Position numbers and translations under genes: made by a program. From Gemmatimonadales bacterium (GTDB lineage Bacteria; Gemmatimonadota; Gemmatimonadetes; Gemmatimonadales; JACORV01): 41,710 nucleotides of DNA. This document shows, piece after piece, positions 38,275-41,710 of this stretch. Positions within the stretch are counted from its first letter, which is position 1, and every line of letters starts with the position of its first letter. Where the stretch lies: NCBI GenBank assembly GCA_035542295.1, contig DATKLR010000070.1, positions 1-41,710 of the forward strand. Direction: 5' to 3'. The notes beneath the pieces are model-generated. The model was not told the origin of the DNA. It ran no database searches and saw nothing but the letters and a program-made list of their open reading frames with translations.

Positions 38275-41243
38275 TGGAGACCGCTCCCCGCAGCGGGATA
38301 GCGGCCCTGCTCGCTCTGGCCGCGGCGTGCACGCCCGGCCTCCGCCCGCCGCAGAGCGCCGCCCCGCAACCGGCTGCGCCGGCACCGGCCGCCGCTCCCA
38401 CGGCGCCGGCAGCGCCGGTCCCGGTCGCGCCGCCGGCCGACGCCCTGCCGAAGGCGAAGGAGCCCATCGCCGCGCCCCTCGTCGCATACCGGCTCGGGCT
38501 CATGCCGCTCGGCGGCACGGGCGTGGCGGACTGGCACGCGGCCCATCCCGGCTGGGACGGCCGCGGCACCCTGATCGCGATCCTGGACAGCGGGGTCGAT
38601 CCGAGCGTGCCGGGGCTCCAGACCACCAGCACCGGCGAAAGGAAGATCCTCGACCTCCGCGACTTCTCGGGCGAGGGCGACATCGCTCTCTCGCCCGTTC
38701 ATCCGGGTCCGGACGGCACCATCGCGCTCCCGGGCGGCCTGACGCTGCGCGGCACCGGTGCGGTGCGCGCCGTGGCGGCGGACACGCTCTGGTTCGGCGG
38801 CGTGATCCGCGAGCTGCCGTTCGGCGGAGCCCCGGCGGCCGACTTCAACGGCAACGGATCGAATCGCGACAGCTACGGCGTCGTCGTAGTGCGCACGGCC
38901 TCGGGCTGGGTCGCGTTCATCGACACGAACGGCGACGGGTCGCTGGCGGACGAGACGCCGATCGCGGACTACCTGGAGCGCGCCCAGACCTTCACCTTCC
39001 GCGCGCCGACCGGAGCGCCCGGCAGCGGGCCGATCGCCGGTGCCGTGAACCTCACCGTGGACGCGTCGGGACGGCCGCGGCTCTCCCTCGTGCTCGACAC
39101 CGCGGGCCACGGCACGCAAGTGGCCGGAATCGCCGCGGGGCACAACCTCTACGACGTGGACGGGTTCGACGGCGTCGCCCCGGGTGCGCAGGTCCTCGGG
39201 CTCAAGATCGCCGACGACGCGCGCGGCGGGCTCTCCACCACCGGCTCCATGCTCCGCGCGATGGAGTACGCCGCGCGCTTCGCGGAACAGCGCGGGCTGC
39301 CGCTCGTGCTCAACATGTCTTTCGGCATCGGGAACGAGCAGCCGGGCGCCGCGGCGATGGACTTGCTGGTGGACGCGTTCCTGACGGCGCATCCGGACGT
39401 CGTGTTCGCCATCAGCGCCGGCAACGACGGTCCCGGCGTGGAGACGATGGGGCTCCCGGGGTCGGCCGAAAACGCTCTGACGGTCGGTTCCACCTACCCG
39501 GGGGTGTTCGGTCTCGCGGAGTACGGCGCGCCTTCAGCGGACGTCATGGGATTCTGGTCGTCGCGCGGGGGCGCGCTCGACAAGCCGGACATCGTCACGC
39601 CGGGCATGCAGTATTCCACCGTGCCGAGGTGGGACACTGGGGACGAGATCAACCTCGGCACCTCGTTCTCGTCGCCACACGCCGCCGGGATGGTATCTCT
39701 CCTCCTTTCGGCGATGCGGGGGGAGAGCCGCCGCGTGACCGCCGCGCAGATCATGCAGGCCCTGCGTGCCACCGCGACGCCGCTGCGCGGCGAGACCCCT
39801 CTGGATCAGGGATACGGCGTGCCGCAGGTCGACGCGGCGTACCGGTGGCTGGAGGCGGGGCACGAGGCGGCCCGCTTCCGCGTGCGCGCGGCGCTCCAGC
39901 CCCGTCCGACCACGGTCGCAGGACCGACGCAGCGCGGGTCGCCGGTAGCCGCGATGCGACCTGCCGGTTTCTCCAGCGCTGCGTATCGCCGCTGGGGCTT
40001 GCTCGGAGCCGAGGACACAGTCCAGCGCTTCGCCGTCACGCGCCTTCCGGATGGCGCCGGGCCGTCCGGGCCCGCGGAGCTGTACCGGCTCTCCGCGGAC
40101 CAGCCGTGGCTTGGCCCCGTGACGCCGACGGTGATCCTGGGTCCGGGCGGCACCGCCGAGATCGACGTGCGCTACGACGCGGCGCGCCTGTCGCGACCGG
40201 GCCGCTACGTCGGGATGGTGTCCGCCGTGGCGGCGGCCGACACTGCGGCGGGCACGGCGTTCAGGCTGGTGAGCGAGATCATCGTAGCCGACAGCGGGCA
40301 GTGGCGCACGGTGACGATGGCGTCGCGCACGCTCGCGCCGGACCACGCGTACCGCTACTACGTGAACGTGCCCGTCGGCGCGGCCGATCTGTCCGTGCGG
40401 GTCGCGGTGAGGGATACGAGCGAGCGCGGCTTGCTGTACCTGTTCGAGCCCGGCGGCAGACCTGCCCGCACCAGGAACCAGTGCGACGTCGGAAGCTCGA
40501 ACGGGAAGCGGTGCGTCCTCGCCGTCACGGCCAACGACATCCAGCCCGGGGTCTGGGAAGCGGTCGTGCAGGCCGTCCCCGGCCGGGAGCTGCACTACGC
40601 ATTCGCCGCGAGCGTGCCCGGAGTCTCCATCGTCCGAGTGGACTCGATCGGATCGCGGCCCGCCGTCTCACTCTTCTCACCCACGGCGGGCGACACGGCC
40701 CTCGCTACCGCCGTCGAGCAGATCGGGATCGAGACCGCGTGGCAGGCGACCGTCGAGCGGGGCGGACCGTATCGCCGGACCTTCGCCGCACCGGAGTGGG
40801 CCACCGGCGCCGTCGTGGAGGTGCGGCTCACGCCGGAGTTCTGGAACAGCGTGACCGACTTCGGGATCGTGCTGTACGACAGCTCGGGCGCGCAGCTGGG
40901 GAAGGGCGCGATGAACTACGCGTTCCACCGGGTGACGGTGGAGCTGCCCTCCAAACGCCCAGCCGCGTATCCGGTCACGGTCGAGCTGTTTCCGGCGTTC
41001 GCGCGCCCGGGTCCCCCCCCGAGCTTCGACGCCGCCGTCCGGCTGGCCTTCACGGGACCCCCGCGGGCGCTGGCGAAAGGCGAACTCTTCGTGCCGGCGC
41101 ACGGCATCGGCTCGGTCGAGATCCCGCCGCTCACGTCGCTCGCCCCGTCTCCCGAGTGGTGGGACCTCGTCCGGGTGAAGGTCTCGGGCAGCGACAGCGA
41201 CTGGGTTTCGATCGACCGGTTGATCTCGGTCCGGGAACCGTGA
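38274..41243 (+). CDS. Subtilase (S8) family serine peptidase, tripeptidyl-peptidase-II-like architecture; probable lipoprotein
   Basis: Signal/lipobox-like IAALLALAAAC and a Pro/Ala linker. Catalytic residues: Asp in AILDSGVD (residue 105), His in DTAGHGTQVAG (279), Asn in SAGNDG, Ser in LGTSFSSPHAAG (464). A C-terminal region of about 500 aa has no recognised motif. The ATG overlaps the upstream stop as TGATG. Confidence 0.82.
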   Translation: METAPRSGIAALLALAAACTPGLRPPQSAAPQPAAPAPAAAPTAPAAPVPVAPPADALPKAKEPIAAPLVAYRLGLMPLGGTGVADWHAAHPGWDGRGTLIAILDSGVDPSVPGLQTTSTGERKILDLRDFSGEGDIALSPVHPGPDGTIALPGGLTLRGTGAVRAVAADTLWFGGVIRELPFGGAPAADFNGNGSNRDSYGVVVVRTASGWVAFIDTNGDGSLADETPIADYLERAQTFTFRAPTGAPGSGPIAGAVNLTVDASGRPRLSLVLDTAGHGTQVAGIAAGHNLYDVDGFDGVAPGAQVLGLKIADDARGGLSTTGSMLRAMEYAARFAEQRGLPLVLNMSFGIGNEQPGAAAMDLLVDAFLTAHPDVVFAISAGNDGPGVETMGLPGSAENALTVGSTYPGVFGLAEYGAPSADVMGFWSSRGGALDKPDIVTPGMQYSTVPRWDTGDEINLGTSFSSPHAAGMVSLLLSAMRGESRRVTAAQIMQALRATATPLRGETPLDQGYGVPQVDAAYRWLEAGHEAARFRVRAALQPRPTTVAGPTQRGSPVAAMRPAGFSSAAYRRWGLLGAEDTVQRFAVTRLPDGAGPSGPAELYRLSADQPWLGPVTPTVILGPGGTAEIDVRYDAARLSRPGRYVGMVSAVAAADTAAGTAFRLVSEIIVADSGQWRTVTMASRTLAPDHAYRYYVNVPVGAADLSVRVAVRDTSERGLLYLFEPGGRPARTRNQCDVGSSNGKRCVLAVTANDIQPGVWEAVVQAVPGRELHYAFAASVPGVSIVRVDSIGSRPAVSLFSPTAGDTALATAVEQIGIETAWQATVERGGPYRRTFAAPEWATGAVVEVRLTPEFWNSVTDFGIVLYDSSGAQLGKGAMNYAFHRVTVELPSKRPAAYPVTVELFPAFARPGPPPSFDAAVRLAFTGPPRALAKGELFVPAHGIGSVEIPPLTSLAPSPEWWDLVRVKVSGSDSDWVSIDRLISVREP

Positions 41244-41256
41244 TGGCGGGGCCGCC

Positions 41257-41710
41257 GTGACCATTCGCATTGCCGCGGGTCAGGGCTTCTGGGGCGACTG
41301 GCTCGAGGCCCCCGTCCGGCAGGTCGAGGGCGGGCCGATCGACTACCTGATGATGGACTATTTGGCCGAAGTCACGATGTCCATCCTGCAGAAGCAGAAG
41401 GCGCGCGACCCGAGGCTCGGGTACGCGCGGGACGTCGTGCCGCTGATGGAGCGCATCCTGCCGCGCGTGGTCGAGCGCGGGATTCGCGTGACGACCAATG
41501 CCGGCGGCGTGAACCCGCAGGGCTGCGCCGACGCCGTGGCGGAGGCCGCCCGCAAGCTCGGCCTGCGGGGCAGGTTGAAGTTGGGCGTCGTGACCGGCGA
41601 CGACATTCTCCCGCGGCTCGACGAGCTGCTCGCCAAGGGAATCGCCCTCGCCGACATGGATACCGGGCGCCCCTTGAGCGACGTTCGCGGCGACGTCCTG
41701 TCGGCCAACG
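41257..41710 (+). CDS. DUF1446/AtuA-like (acyclic terpene utilisation family) protein; N-terminal part, cut by window edge
   Basis: My own translation from GTG 41257 reads VTIRIAAGQGFWGDWLEAPVRQVEGGPIDYLMMDYLAEVTMSILQKQKARDPRLGYARDVVPLMERILPRVVERGIRVTTNAGGVNPQGCADAV..., matching the AtuA-family N-terminal pattern (IRIG.G.GFWGD......L.......DYL..D.LAE.T...L). It is absent from the ORF track because no stop lies within the window. Confidence 0.7.
   Translation, partial: MTIRIAAGQGFWGDWLEAPVRQVEGGPIDYLMMDYLAEVTMSILQKQKARDPRLGYARDVVPLMERILPRVVERGIRVTTNAGGVNPQGCADAVAEAARKLGLRGRLKLGVVTGDDILPRLDELLAKGIALADMDTGRPLSDVRGDVLSAN

Overview
This is a very GC-rich bacterial chromosomal window that is almost entirely coding. 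I call 41 CDS, many joined by ATGA, GTGA or TGATG start/stop overlaps. Gaps longer than 50 nt occur only at 9690-9828, 11471-11538, 18344-18399, 22987-23093 and 31586-31655. I found no rRNA, tRNA, CRISPR array, transposase or integrase, and no clear intrinsic terminator.

Gene content:
- Minus-strand block, 1-9689: truA, a DegP/HtrA-like protease, purB, purC, psd, pssA, purS, purQ, a BamE-like secreted protein and purL.
- trpD, then an oppositely oriented lexA.
- Plus-strand block, 11539-21049: trpC, trpB, a HEAT-repeat protein, an HD-GYP protein, trpA, folB, folK, panB, panC, a YqeK-like HD hydrolase and a LytR_C protein.
- Convergent minus-strand pair: an outer-membrane-like protein and rlmN.
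- Plus-strand block: ptsN-like, vanZ-like, aspS, phoH, pgpH-like, ybeY and two CorC/CNNM paralogs.
- B12 acyl-CoA mutase cluster: meaB, mutase large subunit, an eRF1-like protein, a HAD hydrolase, the B12-binding small subunit, an MccB-like carboxyltransferase, a TPPII-like S8 protease and an AtuA-like gene cut by the window edge.

The window is mostly housekeeping. Three points deserve a second look:
1. A HEAT-repeat/HD-GYP gene pair is translationally coupled between trpB and trpA, and the two proteins share a paralogous N-terminal module.
2. An eRF1/Pelota-like (baeRF-type) protein without a GGQ motif, plus a HAD hydrolase, sit between the two subunits of a split acyl-CoA mutase. The mutase's specificity residues look like a hybrid of the methylmalonyl-CoA and isobutyryl-CoA mutase types.
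3. There are a few conspicuous non-coding inverted repeats.

All functional calls come from motif recognition by eye. No database search was possible.
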